64,000 nt of DNA, taken from Eledone cirrhosa (lineage: Eukaryota). The DNA is taken from contig OZ024749.1 of NCBI GenBank assembly GCA_964016885.1, positions 17,050,001 to 17,114,000 of the forward strand, read 5' to 3'. Shown here in pieces: positions 51,501-63,500 of the stretch. The notes beneath the pieces were generated by a model. It saw nothing but the letters and a program-made list of their open reading frames with translations. It had not been told where the DNA came from and ran no database searches. The position numbers were made by a program, and so were the translations under genes. How positions within the stretch are numbered: position 1 is the first letter of the stretch; each line of letters begins with the position of its first letter.

Positions 51501-52210
51501 AGTAATATACGTGAACGGCAAAGCATAAATGAACTAAGTGAGAAATTAGGAATAAGAGGGATCAGATACTGTTTAGTTGAGAGAAGACTACGTTGGTATG
51601 GTCACGTGATGCGCATGAAAGACAACAGTTGTATAAAAAAGTGCAGGGCGATCAAAATTGATGGTAGTTATGGAGTAGGTAGACCCAGAAAAACCTGGGA
51701 CGATCTGATAAATTCCGACCTTACACACTTGCACCTCCCTAAGACAATGTCACTGGACTGAGATCTTTGGCGCTACACAGTAATACAGAAGACCCACCTT
51801 GCCTATGTACAAAGCGAAACCTAGTCAGTAGGCACCTCTTAACCAAATATACACCCCAATCCACTACCCCTACCCTATCCTCCCACTCCCTCCAACACCA
51901 CCCTCTCTCTGTAAAATTGGTACCACAACATCCAGTCCAAATAAATGAGATAATGAGATTGAGATCGTGTAGGCGTCACAACAAAAAACAGACTCCACGC
52001 TGTAATGTGGCCGTGTAGGTAACACGGTAAAAAGTTCCGAGTTCCACACTGTGGTTGATGTTAGGAAGGGCATCCAGCCGTAGAAAACCTGCCGGATAGT
52101 CCTATATGAGCGAGACACGGTCACCCAACCAACCTTGCCTCAAGTGGGACAACTCCCGTCTAACCCATGCTAGCATGGAAGATGGACTTTAAACGAAGAT
52201 GATGATGATG
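48560..52210 (+). mobile_element. Near-full-length but inactivated RTE-clade LINE (APE endonuclease + RT)
   Basis: GTMNVGTL, CCIQET, AGDLNGHVG and QIDYIL (endonuclease); KAAGPS, NYRGIKL, QFGF, FVDLEKAFDRVP, HADDL, FHYLG, RLRWYGHV and GRPRKTW (RT). Many stops and frameshifts, a (GAT)n tail, and an imperfect direct repeat ...CA(C/A)TATGTACAGTATATAT on both flanks. Confidence 0.95.
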
Positions 52211-52577
52211 ATATACATATTATAGATACAATATGTACAGTATATATTATACACTATATATGATGTCCAAGAGAAAGGCAATAGCTGATACAGCTTGGCA
52301 CCAGTGATATCACAGCATATATACTATATATACATATATATACTCTATGAACAATATATATACACTATATATATATATATAATATATACTCTATGGACAG
52401 TATATATAGACTATGCATATAATATATACACTGTGTACAGTATCTATACACTATATATGATGTGCAAGAGAAAGGTAATGGCTGATACAGCTTGGCACAA
52501 GCGACATCACAACATATATATATATACAGTATATATACACTATATACATATTATATATACACTGAGTACAGTATATA

Positions 52578-52760
52578 ATTGTTTCTACATTTGGCACAAG
52601 GCCAGCAAATTACCCAGTGCATTACTGGTACTTTATTTTATCGACCCCGTAAGGATGAAAGGCAAAGTCAACCTCGGCGGGATTTGAACTCAGATCGTAA
52701 AGGGACGTAACTCTGCTGGAAAGCATGGCGTCCGACCCTCTACCGATACTGCCAATCCAG
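52578..52760 (-). mobile_element. SINE with Nin/Deu-like domain
   Basis: Reverse complement of the 32707 family, including B box GAGTTCAAATCC. Confidence 0.75.
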
Positions 52761-52783
52761 TATATAATATACACTATATATAT

Positions 52784-52958
52784 GTCCAGAGAAAGGTTAT
52801 GGCCGATACAGCTTGGCACTAGTGACATCACAGCTCATTTCTACAGCTGAGTAAACTGGAGCAACGTGAAATAAAGTGTCTTGCTCAAGGACACAACACA
52901 ACACCCCGTCCTCACCACCTTTTAATTGCAAGCCCAATGCTCTAACCACTGAGCCATG
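52784..52958 (-). mobile_element. tRNA-derived SINE (CORE-like body)
   Basis: A box TGGCTCAGTGG, body GTCCTTGAGCAAGACACTTTATTTCACGTTGCTCCAG, and 3' segment GTGATGTCACTAGTGCCAAGCTGTATC. Confidence 0.75.
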
Positions 52959-52964
52959 ATACGT

Positions 52965-54018
52965 TCCAGAACAAACCGTGATATAGAGAGACCATAAAGA
53001 CAACTGTTGTTTCCATAGTTTAAGCCTTAAAATAGCTCTCATACATGCTTTAAATACATATAAACTCATTAAAACACACTTTTGTATTTAAACACCAAAC
53101 TAACGGTCGTAAGATGTCCCTTCCTTACAATATACACTTTAATAACATTGAAACTTATTTAATAAGTTCAAAATTTAAACACTTTTTATTCAGACGTACC
53201 GTGATAAGAAAATAAATATGTTTTAACAAAAATCCGCGGCGATATTCAATTTTAGGGGCTTATTTGCTGCTGATGCTGCTTACGTGCTGTAGTTGCCACG
53301 TTTTTGTTTGTTTGTTTGTGGCAAATAAAGAAATCTATGCCTAAGTGGCAAATAAATCGCAAAAACAAAACAAAACCAAGAAACTAACAAAAACGTTGCA
53401 AATAAATAAATCTATATTTCTTTTAACGGCTAAAAAAAAGGGAATGTAAATTTGTTGGAATAGCCTCATACAGTGAAGCAACTACAGCACGTAAGCAGCA
53501 TCAGCAGCAAATTGGATATCGCCAAATCCGCGATGTCGCGGTATATATAAACTCATTAAAACACACTTTTGTATTGAAACACCAAAAACAGCCAGTAACG
53601 ATCGTATAGAAACTACCACCAACCATCGTACCACTAGTTACCAATGAGGACCATTGCCAGCCACGGTAACCACTGCACATCTCCCGTCTATCTATGAATA
53701 GTTTGTAGTAGATTAGAGCAAAACACAATCAGTAAAACAGTAATGGAATGAAAAATAAAAACATTTGTTTATAATTAAAGCCTTAAGATGTTTCTTCCAT
53801 ACGATATACACTTTCATAACATTGAAACTTATTTCAGAAGTTTAAAATTTAAACACTTTTTATTCAGACGTACCGCGATAAGAAAATAGATATGTTCTAA
53901 CGAAAAATCCGCGATGTGGCGAGGATTACTGCGATAGGAAATTAGATACGTTCAAAAGAAATATCCGCGATGTAACGGGACCGCGAAAGGTGAACCGCGA
54001 TATAGCGGGGGATTACTG
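52965..54018. mobile_element. Non-autonomous pogo/Tigger-like DNA transposon remnant (one TIR visible)
   Basis: Ends CCGCGAAAGGTGAACCGCGATATAGCGGGGGATTACTG|TA, with repeated CCGCGA subterminal motifs and internal direct and inverted repeats. The left boundary is uncertain. Confidence 0.55.
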
Positions 54019-54421
54019 TATATATACACACACAACATACATCTATCTATAAACACTCATAATATTTATTTCTATTTTTTACTTTAAAATGTTGACTGAG
54101 GGTGCGACAACTGATTCTTGTTTGAGGTTGTTCCAGTGGTTGAAATATAGACGGAGGTATTTTAAATAATAAAGACAGTCATGATAACAATATATTTTAT
54201 ATCACATGTAACAGTGGAATCTGCTGATTGAAAAATATCACATCAACATTTCAGTTTGGAAGTTTTTTTTCTATATATAAAAGTGGAGAAAGAAATATAT
54301 TTTTCCAATATTGTTATATATATTTTCACTTGTATATAATTACTGTATCGTTGTAAGGTTCACATAATTATATTATTTACACACATTAATATAGATATTA
54401 AGTAAATCTTTGTCAACTTAC

Positions 54422-54621
54422 CTCCTTCAGATATAATCAATGTGTTGTGTTGTTAGTTGTTACTAAACAACCAAAGAAATAATCTTTGTTATGAAATTAG
54501 AAGTTTCAAAGATGTTATCAGCTTTATTTCATGACATTAACGTTGGTGTATCTTCTTCATCTTTAGTCATGAATTGATATCTTGTCAGAATGAAGTCGTG
54601 AGGCTGACTTTATGTCTTTAG
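54422..54621 (-). other. Candidate non-coding 5' exon of the ZNF gene
   Basis: Perfect donor GAG|GTAAGT (plus-strand ACTTAC at 54416-54421) and acceptor TTTCCTATCAAATCTGTAG in non-repetitive sequence, on the same strand as the ZNF. No transcript evidence. Confidence 0.4.
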
Positions 54622-55019
54622 CTACAGATTTGATAGGAAATATATATATATATCAGGTTGATATGTGGTCTAAAATATATATATATTGTCTATAAATGAC
54701 TGATAGCGCATGTTCTGGTGAAATAGTAGTTTTACTACTACAGATTGTAATGGAACTCTTAGTAGACACGATTGTAAAGTAAGAATAGATATGACAGTGT
54801 AAGACTGATGTCGGGGAATTAAAATTGTGTGTGTATATATATATATATATAATTGTTACACAAGATATAATTAGATTAATTAAGTTTATAATCAAGACAG
54901 CAGGTACTCGGTGTCGTTGCGCATGTTTCAAGTCGCTTACCGGTGTCATACGTTAAAAGTCCCTGGTATAATTTAATTGTAAATCAGAAAGTATCACTCA
55001 ATAAAATATATCAATTATA

Positions 55020-55218
55020 TGAAATATACAGCGCCATCTACCTGTTAGCTAGCTACCTCACCGATGCGCTAGAATCCTTAAACCTACCAGAATAAACGCC
55101 TACATAGCGGCTAAACATCAAACGATTATTTCTGTATAAATAGAGTGGTTCCAAACACTTCAGCAGTCGACTTTTGGCAGAGTCAGCTAGCGCATCGGTG
55201 TTCCTTAACTCTGCCACG
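55020..55218 (+). repeat. Inverted partial copy of the Gypsy LTR
   Basis: Reverse complement of ~55980-56180 and ~61389-61575. Confidence 0.85.
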
Positions 55219-55254
55219 TAGAAATAGCAGTGATATTATGCATTTCAACTGCTA

Positions 55255-55296
<42 letters not shown>

Positions 55297-55335
55297 GTTA
55301 TGTAATAAACAACATAAGGCAATTATATATATATA

Positions 55336-56194
55336 TATAGCGACGTGGTTAGTCAGTCTGGTCACTACTTCTGATCAGATCCGAGAATAGCCCTTAGAAG
55401 GACTGTTATCGCATACGGTCTGATCAGATCTGGAGATAGCCCTTAAAAGGACTGTTGTCGCATATAGCCCTATAGCGAGGATACTGGGTTGTATGAATGT
55501 AACAAAACGAGACATGGTTTGTGTGTATAATATTTAATTAACAATGGTAGATAGTATAGTTGACATGTCAAAGATAGATGTTAGAATGAAACAAAGTTAG
55601 TAGTTACCGTTTTGATTGCCAGGCAAACGCGGCTGGCAGAGGACGCCTGGCTAAGGCCAGGCGCCTGTTGGCCAAATTAATGGCAGAGCCAAATGAGAGG
55701 CTCTTGACCTGGTGCCGAAAAGGCAAAGAGAGAAAGGAAGCTTAAAGTTGTTAGTTTTATAGGGCTCTGACCGGAAGTTGCAGAAAGGGTTCCACTTCCC
55801 GTCTAGATCCCAATCAAAACAAGGGAGACAACCGCTACAGCCCTTAAAAGAACTGTTGAGGATGGACAGACGAAAGCACAATTTGAAAGGACGAAGCGAG
55901 GCGAGATGTACATTCGATCAGCTATTTATTTTCACATGAAGCGACGATACGAGGTACAAGGCGTGTGTGAGTGACAAAGCGTGGCAGAGGCGAGGGACAA
56001 CGATACGCGAGTTGACTCTGCCAAAAGTCGACTGCTGAAGTGTTTGGAACCACTCTATTTATACAGAAATAATCGTTTGATGTTTAGCCGCTGTGTAGGC
56101 GTTTATTCTGGTAGGTTTAAGGATTCTTTTGTTTCACGTTGAGGTAGCTAGCTAACAGGTAGATGGCGCTGAATATTTCACAGATCTTATTTCA
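55336..56194 (-). repeat. 3' LTR (~860 bp)
   Basis: Starts TATAGCGACGTGGTTAGTCAG, homologous to 61143 onward, and is adjacent to the polypurine tract. Confidence 0.85.
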
Positions 56195-57199
56195 TTATCC
56201 CCCTGCCAGATCTTTTGGACAACAAAAGAGCGAAATATCGTATAGTAATGGGCCAGTGGTGCATTTGTCATGACAATAGCCCCAGGAGTGTCCAGCACAT
56301 TGTGAAATTTTGTGATCATCGAGTACAGGACAGAGTCGATGTAGAGATGATATGGCAAGATGTGTGTGTCAGGAAGAGAAAAAAGAAATAAACTAAAAAA
56401 TGACTTTGACCAGATTTATGCAGGCGTGATGAATGAGCCTCTTGCAATTTGGGTTGAGCTGCCTGTGAATTGCGTGACAAAAAGTCTAACTGGGCAGTGA
56501 AGATAACCGTAATTGTGAACTGAATGGCCGTAAGCATGCTGCCTAAAAGTAACAGTTTGCTCCACAGCATATGACTTGAGCGAATGCATGTGGTAAAAAA
56601 ATAGCGAGGCATTCTCGAGCTATTGAACGAATGTGTACGTGAAAAAAGAAGGCCAGTGTTTTGAGGATGCGCTTTGTGAAATGCGTGATCAAAGAGAAAA
56701 CATTTTGTGGTGTAAGAGTTAGAGGGACACAAATATCTATTGTTCTGTGTATGAACCAAAAGGTGAAACAAACGTGGTTTTGTAGTGTGCATGAAAAACA
56801 GAATATGTACACGCCTTGTATGTATATAAAAAGTATGGCAATTACACAATCAATGTTACAGAACAAGAAAAATAAAAATGTTTGCAAAACAAGAGAGAGA
56901 AGAAAAAAAATGTTATACACAATGATATACACAATGTTTGTTCTTAAATAGTGTTTGTAATAAATAATGTTCATAATAAATAATGTTCTTCGTAACATGA
57001 GCACATGGTCACTAAAAATTGCAATTGTTCAAGCAGAAAGTTCATTGTATTTGAAACTGGAAATAGTAAATACAAGAAAAATGGAAATGTTTTGCACGAA
57101 GAATGATTAAGAAACTCACTTGAGGTTAACGGTAATTCATATATTGTGCCAACTTGGCGGGCCAATGGACGCGTCGTCCACTTCTCGTGACTGGAGATG

Positions 57200-60100
57200 A
57201 AACAGGTGGCTCGCTGTGACAGCAATCTGTTGGAGTTTCTGGTGGAGACTGTAACAGTATCCATGATGGCTCTTTTTAATCTGTCGATGCTGACAGAATT
57301 CTGTTTAACATCTAGATCGAGAATAAAATATTTCGGATATTTTTTTAGAACACGATAAGGGCCAGAATATGGAGGTCGAAGATGAGCTGAGATGGTGTCG
57401 TTTCGAACGAAAACGTGTGTCCAATCTTTAATGTCTGAAGGTACGTGTGTGGCCGTGTTCTGCTGACGGGTGCTTGCAGGAGCAAGGTGAGACATATATT
57501 GTCGAAGACGGTGTACGTATGATTCTGGGTGTGGAACATTCTGAGGTGAGATGGGAGGAACCATCTGACCAGGTAGAACCAGGGTGGTGCCGTACACTAA
57601 TTCTGCAGGTGTGAGTCCGAATTCCTCCTTAACGGTGGATCGAATGCCCAGAAGGATGAGTGGTAGGTATTCAAACCAGTGGATCTTGTCTGGATATGCT
57701 TTTATTGCAGCTTTCAATTGGCGATGGAATCTTTCCACGAGACCATTAGCTTGCGGGTGATAAGCTGTCGTGCGGATGTGTTTACATCCTAACAGGCGAG
57801 TCAGTTCCCTGAAGAGGTGGGAGTCAAATCTGTCCGTTGTTATCTTCGCTGGGGCGCCATAACGTGATACCCAGTATGAAACCAAAGTTTTAGCGACTGT
57901 TTCCGCTGAGGTATCATTTATGGGAAAAGCCTCAGGCCAACGAGAAAATCGATCTATGCAGGTGAGCAAGTGTGTGTAGTTCTGTGATGGTGGCAGAAGG
58001 CCGACGATGTCGATATGCACATGATGAAAACGTGCATCAGGTTGCGCGAATGTGCTGAGTGGAGTTTTGATGTGTCTGTGGACTTTGGCTTTCTGGCAGG
58101 CTCCTGGACCAGTCGCGCACGTCCTTGTTAATGTTAGTCCACACAAAACGAGCAGAGATGAGTTTCTGTGTAGCCCGGATTCCCGGGTGAGACAAGCAGT
58201 GTAAAGCAGAAAAAACTTGTCGACGATGCATCTGTGGTACGTAAGGTCGTTCATGACCGGTAGAAAAGGCGCACCAAATTTGTCCCGAAGAAGAAGGAAT
58301 GGGAACTTGCTGAAACTTGAGGGATGGCGAATCTCGGAGTTTGATAAACTCTTCGTCAGTCTCTTGGTCAGCTGCGATCTGTTGAAGGTCGATGCCTGAA
58401 TGCACATGTATTGCGTTCAGCTGGATTCGGGACAGGGCGTCGGTTGCTACGTTGTCTGATCCCTTGATATGCCGAATATCAGTTGAATATTGGGAGACAA
58501 AATCCAGGTGTCGGAGTTCTCTCGGTGAATGTCGATCAGGTTTGGTACGGAACGCATAAACTAGTGGTTTATGGTCCGTGTAGATCACGAAATCTGATCC
58601 TTCGAGCATGTGTCGAAAATGCTTAACCGAAAGATAGGTTGCCAAGAGTTCGCGGCCAAAGGTACTGTATTTCGTTTCTGCCGGTTGCAACCGCTTAGAA
58701 AATAAGGATAAGGGTTGCCACACGCCATCGACATGTTGTTGTAAAACGCCTTCAACCCCCGTGTCTGATGCGTTCACTAGCAGCGAAAGAGGAGCGCCAG
58801 ACCTGGGGAAAACGAGCATAGAAGCGTTTGCCAACATTTCCTTCAGGCGGTTAAAAGATGTTAATTCTTCCTCGTTTAGAGTGATCTCTTCGTTTTTGCG
58901 AGTCCGGTTACGAAGAAGGTCCGTGAGGAGTCTGGCTGCGTCGGAACAATGAGGGATAAAACGCCTATAAAAATTCACCAGACCGAGGAATTCACGCAGT
59001 TTCCGAAGTGATGTAGGTGCGGGAAAACTGCGGATAGCTTCTACTTGCTCGGGAAGTGGACGAATGCCGTCTTTATCGATGATGTGCCCGAGAAAGGACA
59101 GTGAAGGAACGCTGAGAAGGCACTTGCTGGGGTTGATGATGATACCGTACTCAGCCAAACGTTGGAAAAGGAGATCTAAGTGCTTCTCGTGCTCTTGCTC
59201 GGAAGTACTTGCTACCAGCACGTCGTCAATATACGCGTATACGAAGGGTAGATCGCGTAACACGGTGTCAATAAACCCCTGAAAAGTTTGTGCAGCGTTG
59301 CGCAGACCGAACGGCATTCGCAGGAATTCAAATAAACCGAACGGTGTTATGATTGCGGTCTTCGGAATATCTGCAGGCTCCATAGGTATCTGGTTATATG
59401 CACGCACCAAATCTATCTTGGAAAAGATGCGTGCGCCTTGCAGAGAGGCAGAAAAGTCGTGCAGGTGAGGTACAGGGTAATTATCGGGCACTGTAGAATT
59501 GTTAAGTGCACGATATTCCCCACATGGTCGCCAATCATTCTCGTTTTTTTTTAGGAACAAGGTGTAGGGGTGCAGACCAGTTGCTGGGGGAAGGGCGAAT
59601 GATTCCGAGGTCCAGCATGTGTTGGAACTCCTGCTTGGCGATTCTCAATCGGACTGGAGGCAGTCTCCTTGGTCGGGCAGCTGTGGGTGGTCCTCTTGTC
59701 TCAATGTGGTACGTGACACTATGCTTAATAGGACCATCCTTTAATACCGGGCGAGTGATGTCTGGGTATTTCTGGAGAATGCCGTTGTACCGCGAAGACT
59801 CTGACTGGCAAATTACAGGGCTCACTGTGGATTGCGTGGTAAATATACCTCTCACAGTGAGGTTTGTGGTGGTGTCGATAAGCCTCCGGTTCTTCATATC
59901 CACCAGAAGGTTGAAGTGGTGGAGAAAATCGGCTCCTAGGATCGGGGTCGGCAGGTCTTCCACGACAAACACCCATTGAAAACGCCGCCTCAGGCCTAAA
60001 TTGAGGGTCAGGGATTTTCCCCGAAAGTCGGAATTGACGATCGGTTCACTGCCTGCAGAAAGGACGGTGTTGGGTGTCTTTTGCCCGAGATTAGTGAAAC

Positions 60101-60200
60101 AGGAATAACACCAACCTGGGCTCCTGTATCCACGAGGTAACGGATGCCTGTCGCCTGGTCGTTAATAAAAAATAGACTACTTTTCTTTTCAGTACCAGAG
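57200..60200 (-). pseudogene. Gypsy pol (protease, RT, RNase H, integrase), frameshifted
   Basis: YLVDTGA; PILGADFL; [14 protein letters not shown] and YIDD; YTDHKPL and NVATDALSR; HPG...[28 protein letters not shown] and GPY, spread over four ORF pieces. Confidence 0.93.
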
Positions 60201-60213
60201 GTGAACGTCGTCG

Positions 60214-61083
60214 CTAGGCCCTGGTCTGCCCGTTTCCCTGGGTGGTATTCTGGAAAGAGCACGGGGCCCTACACTTAGATGCCCGTGCGCCGAATTCTTC
60301 GTGATACCAGCAGAGGTTGCCAGACACACGATTTTGACTGGGACTTCTCGATCTTTGACGGTGAAAGGGCCTGGACCGACTGTTGCTGCGCCGCCGGTGT
60401 GTTTGCAAGGTCAGGCTTTCTAATTAGTTTGAGAGGGCTTTGATTTGACCAGCCTGCTCTCTGATCATAGCCCGCAGCTCTGAAATCTCGGAGGTGGAGT
60501 CCGAGGATGCTACGTAAGGGTTCGTCCGACGATCTACCTGTGCTACTGAGGCAAAAGGGTTTGATACCTCAGCGATCTTATCTGCGACACTCGCCAGTTC
60601 CTCCGGAGTTGCTGACTCGTTAGTCGACGCCAGAATGCCCTGCATCGATAAGGGCAAGCGCTGTATAAACAGCTGTTTCAGTAGATCTTCTGAAAGCGGC
60701 TGGTCCTCCATCAGCTGTCTCATCTTTCGCAATAGTTAGGACGGTTTTCTGTCCTCCAATTCTTCTGCAGACACGAGTTGGTTGAGTCGTCTCTGCTGTG
60801 ACGCGGTCTTCCGCTTGACCAATTCCTTGCGGAATGATTCATATGACACCGGGCCCGGCGGTGCCATGATGAGGTCCCTCACCTCAGCCAAGACTTCTGG
60901 CGGGACAGACCCAATGATGTAGGTGAGCTTTGCGGAATCGCTCTTAATTCTGTTCGCGGTGAATTGCACTTCTATGTGAGCGAACCACAGAGTCGGGTCG
61001 TTGGACCAAAAAACGGGGACTTTCAATGTTAACGCCGCTTGTGTGGTTGGTATCTCGGCCTCTGTCGTTTGTGACATGTCCAT
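60214..61083 (-). pseudogene. Gypsy gag with in-frame stops
   Basis: PVFWSNDPTLWFAHIE, KQLFIQRLP and the CHCC knuckle CWYHEEFGARASKCRAPC; stops at ~60736 and ~60424. Confidence 0.9.
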
Positions 61084-61108
61084 GTTGATATTTTCTTAGG
61101 TGCTGTCT

Positions 61109-61140
61109 GGTTGCGCGTTCGACTCACGTTCGGATCACCA
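61109..61140 (-). promoter_or_regulatory. Primer-binding site complementary to a tRNA-Trp-like 3' end
   Basis: Minus strand TGGTGATCCGAACGTGA lies 2 nt after the LTR end. The plus strand reads GGTTGCGCGTTCGACTCACGTTCGGATCACCA. Confidence 0.8.
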
Positions 61141-61142
61141 AT

Positions 61143-61595
61143 TGTAGCGACGTGGTTAGTCAGTCTGGTCACTACTTAGAAGGACTGTTATCGCATACGG
61201 TCTGATCAGATCTGGAGATAGCCCTTAAAAGGACTGTTGTCGCATATAGCCCTTAAAGGAACTGTTGGGGATGGACAGACGAAAGCACAAGTTGAAAGGA
61301 TGAAGCAAGAGGAGATGTACATTCGATCAGCTATTTATTTTCACATGAAGCGACGATACGAGGTACAAGGCTTGTGTGAGTGACAAACCGTGGCAGAGTA
61401 AAGGAACAACTATGCGCTAGCTGACTCTGCCAAAAGTCGACTGCTGAAGTGTTTGGAACCACTCTATTTATACAGAAATAATCGTTTGATGTTTAGCCGC
61501 TGTGTAGGCGTTTATTCTGGTAGGTTTTAAGGATTCTTTTGTTTCACGTTGAGGTAGATGGCGCTGTATATTTCACAGATGTTATTTCCGGTGGC

Positions 61596-61601
<6 letters not shown>
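61143..61601 (-). repeat. 5' LTR (459 bp, internally deleted)
   Basis: TGTAGCGAC...GGCTGTACA with TG..CA termini, followed by (TA)n. Confidence 0.88.
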
Positions 61602-61622
<21 letters not shown>

Positions 61623-61631
<9 letters not shown>

Positions 61632-61890
61632 AGAAAACGAAAAATCAGTGATGCATCTGGACTTGGTTTATTTCGTGTTATAAATGTTTCGCCGGCGCGT
61701 AGCTCAAGACATGGTCCTTGTATGGATCTGGCTGATTCTATTTCTGCCGGTTCTTTCAGACACGGGTGTTATGTCCGGAGCATGTGATAAAATTTGCTCT
61801 GGACATAACACCCGTGTCTGAAAGAACCCGCAGAAGTAGAATCAGCCAGATCCATACAAGGACCATTATTTTTCGTTTTCTTTATAATAT
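61623..61890. repeat. Foldback element: 72-bp hairpin inside 23-bp terminal inverted repeats
   Basis: 61711-61782 pairs with 61795-61866 (3 mismatches, 12-nt loop); 61623-61645 pairs perfectly with 61868-61890. Confidence 0.9.
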
Positions 61891-61971
61891 CTACACTCTA
61901 CTCTGATGAATATCGAGTGCTAATTTTGGTATACCGCCTACGGAAGCACCTTAGCTACCACTATACACAAC

Positions 61972-62003
<32 letters not shown>

Positions 62004-62403
62004 TGTATGTATATGTGTATATATGGGTATGTAAGAGTGTGTATGTGTGTTTGCACATATGTATGGTGTGTACATGTATACATATCGTTTTGGTATATGT
62101 ACGTTTGGTGAACATATGTGTATTTACTTGTAGGTATGTGTGAGTGTGCGTTCTATACGCATTTATGCGTGTATATTTATATATGTATATATAATTATAT
62201 GTATACACACACAAACATATATTTATATGTGTATTTGGTGTATACGTTCGTACGTGTGCGGGTATATGTGTCGCACCGGTTTACGTCCGTGTGCGTGTGT
62301 TTATGTGTACGTACATGTATATGCATGCATGGTGTGTGTTTTCGCATATGCACGTGTATAAATGTGTGTATGTATATATTTAATTATTATTACTTTTATA
62401 TTT

Positions 62404-62516
62404 TAGTTCAAATCCCGCCGAGGTTAACTTTGCCTTTCATCCTTACGGGGTCGAAAAAATAAAGTACCAGTAATGTACTGGTAATTGGTGGCCTTGTGCC
62501 AAAAGTAGAAACAATT
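62404..62516 (+). mobile_element. SINE with Nin/Deu-like domain, partial
   Basis: AGTTCAAATCCCGCCGAGGTTAACTTTGCCTTTCATCCTTACGGGGTCG...AAGTACCAG. Confidence 0.75.
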
Positions 62517-62599
62517 ACTTTTATATTTTAATAACCTCTGTCATTTCCGTTCAACTAATTTCTTTACATTACTCTGAACTCCGAAGTCGAGTTGCAAAA

Positions 62600-62690
62600 A
62601 TTCTTGTAGTCAAAACAATTTTGATTGGTCGGTAGAGCAACACGAATTGGCGCGAAACTTATAGTACTCATTCGCGTGACATTCAACAAC
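62600..62690 (-). promoter_or_regulatory. Candidate promoter: two CCAAT boxes and a consensus E2F site
   Basis: ATTGG at 62624 and 62646; TTTCGCGCCAA on the minus strand at 62647-62657; a local CpG-richer patch in unique sequence upstream of the ZNF gene. Confidence 0.35.
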
Positions 62691-62947
62691 CAACCAAATC
62701 TTAATACCTCTGGAGCCACTTTTTTCACATAAAACAGGTACAATTTCCAAAACTGATCAGTTTGGAGCAAATATCACGGGTGCTCTATCTCAAAATAGTT
62801 TTGGAAAAGCATTAGAAATGAGCAACCGGTATAGTCTTAAAACTAAAACTGAATACTAACCAAAACTTATTACTAATTTTTGCTTATCCCTAATTAAACT
62901 ATTTTTCACTGGGAACAATTTGTCAGCATTTTCTTTTCCTTTTACTA

Positions 62948-63500
<553 letters not shown>

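Larger units (their letters stand above)
55336..61601 (-). mobile_element. Ty3/Gypsy LTR retrotransposon, CsRn1/Kabuki-like, full span but inactivated, inserted in (TA)n
   Basis: Two LTRs, a tRNA-Trp-like PBS, a PPT (GGCAGGGGGA, ~56198-56207), Gag CHCC motif and PR-RT-RH-IN order. Confidence 0.95.

Noticed and set aside
56316-57004. Extra (env-like) ORF between the integrase and the 3' LTR
   Set aside because: Short overlapping ORFs in biased-composition sequence, with no recognisable domain.
61670-61920. Second hammerhead near the foldback (GGCGAAAC on the minus strand; CTGATGA at ~61903)
   Set aside because: The two core halves are on opposite strands and neither has a partner with proper stems.
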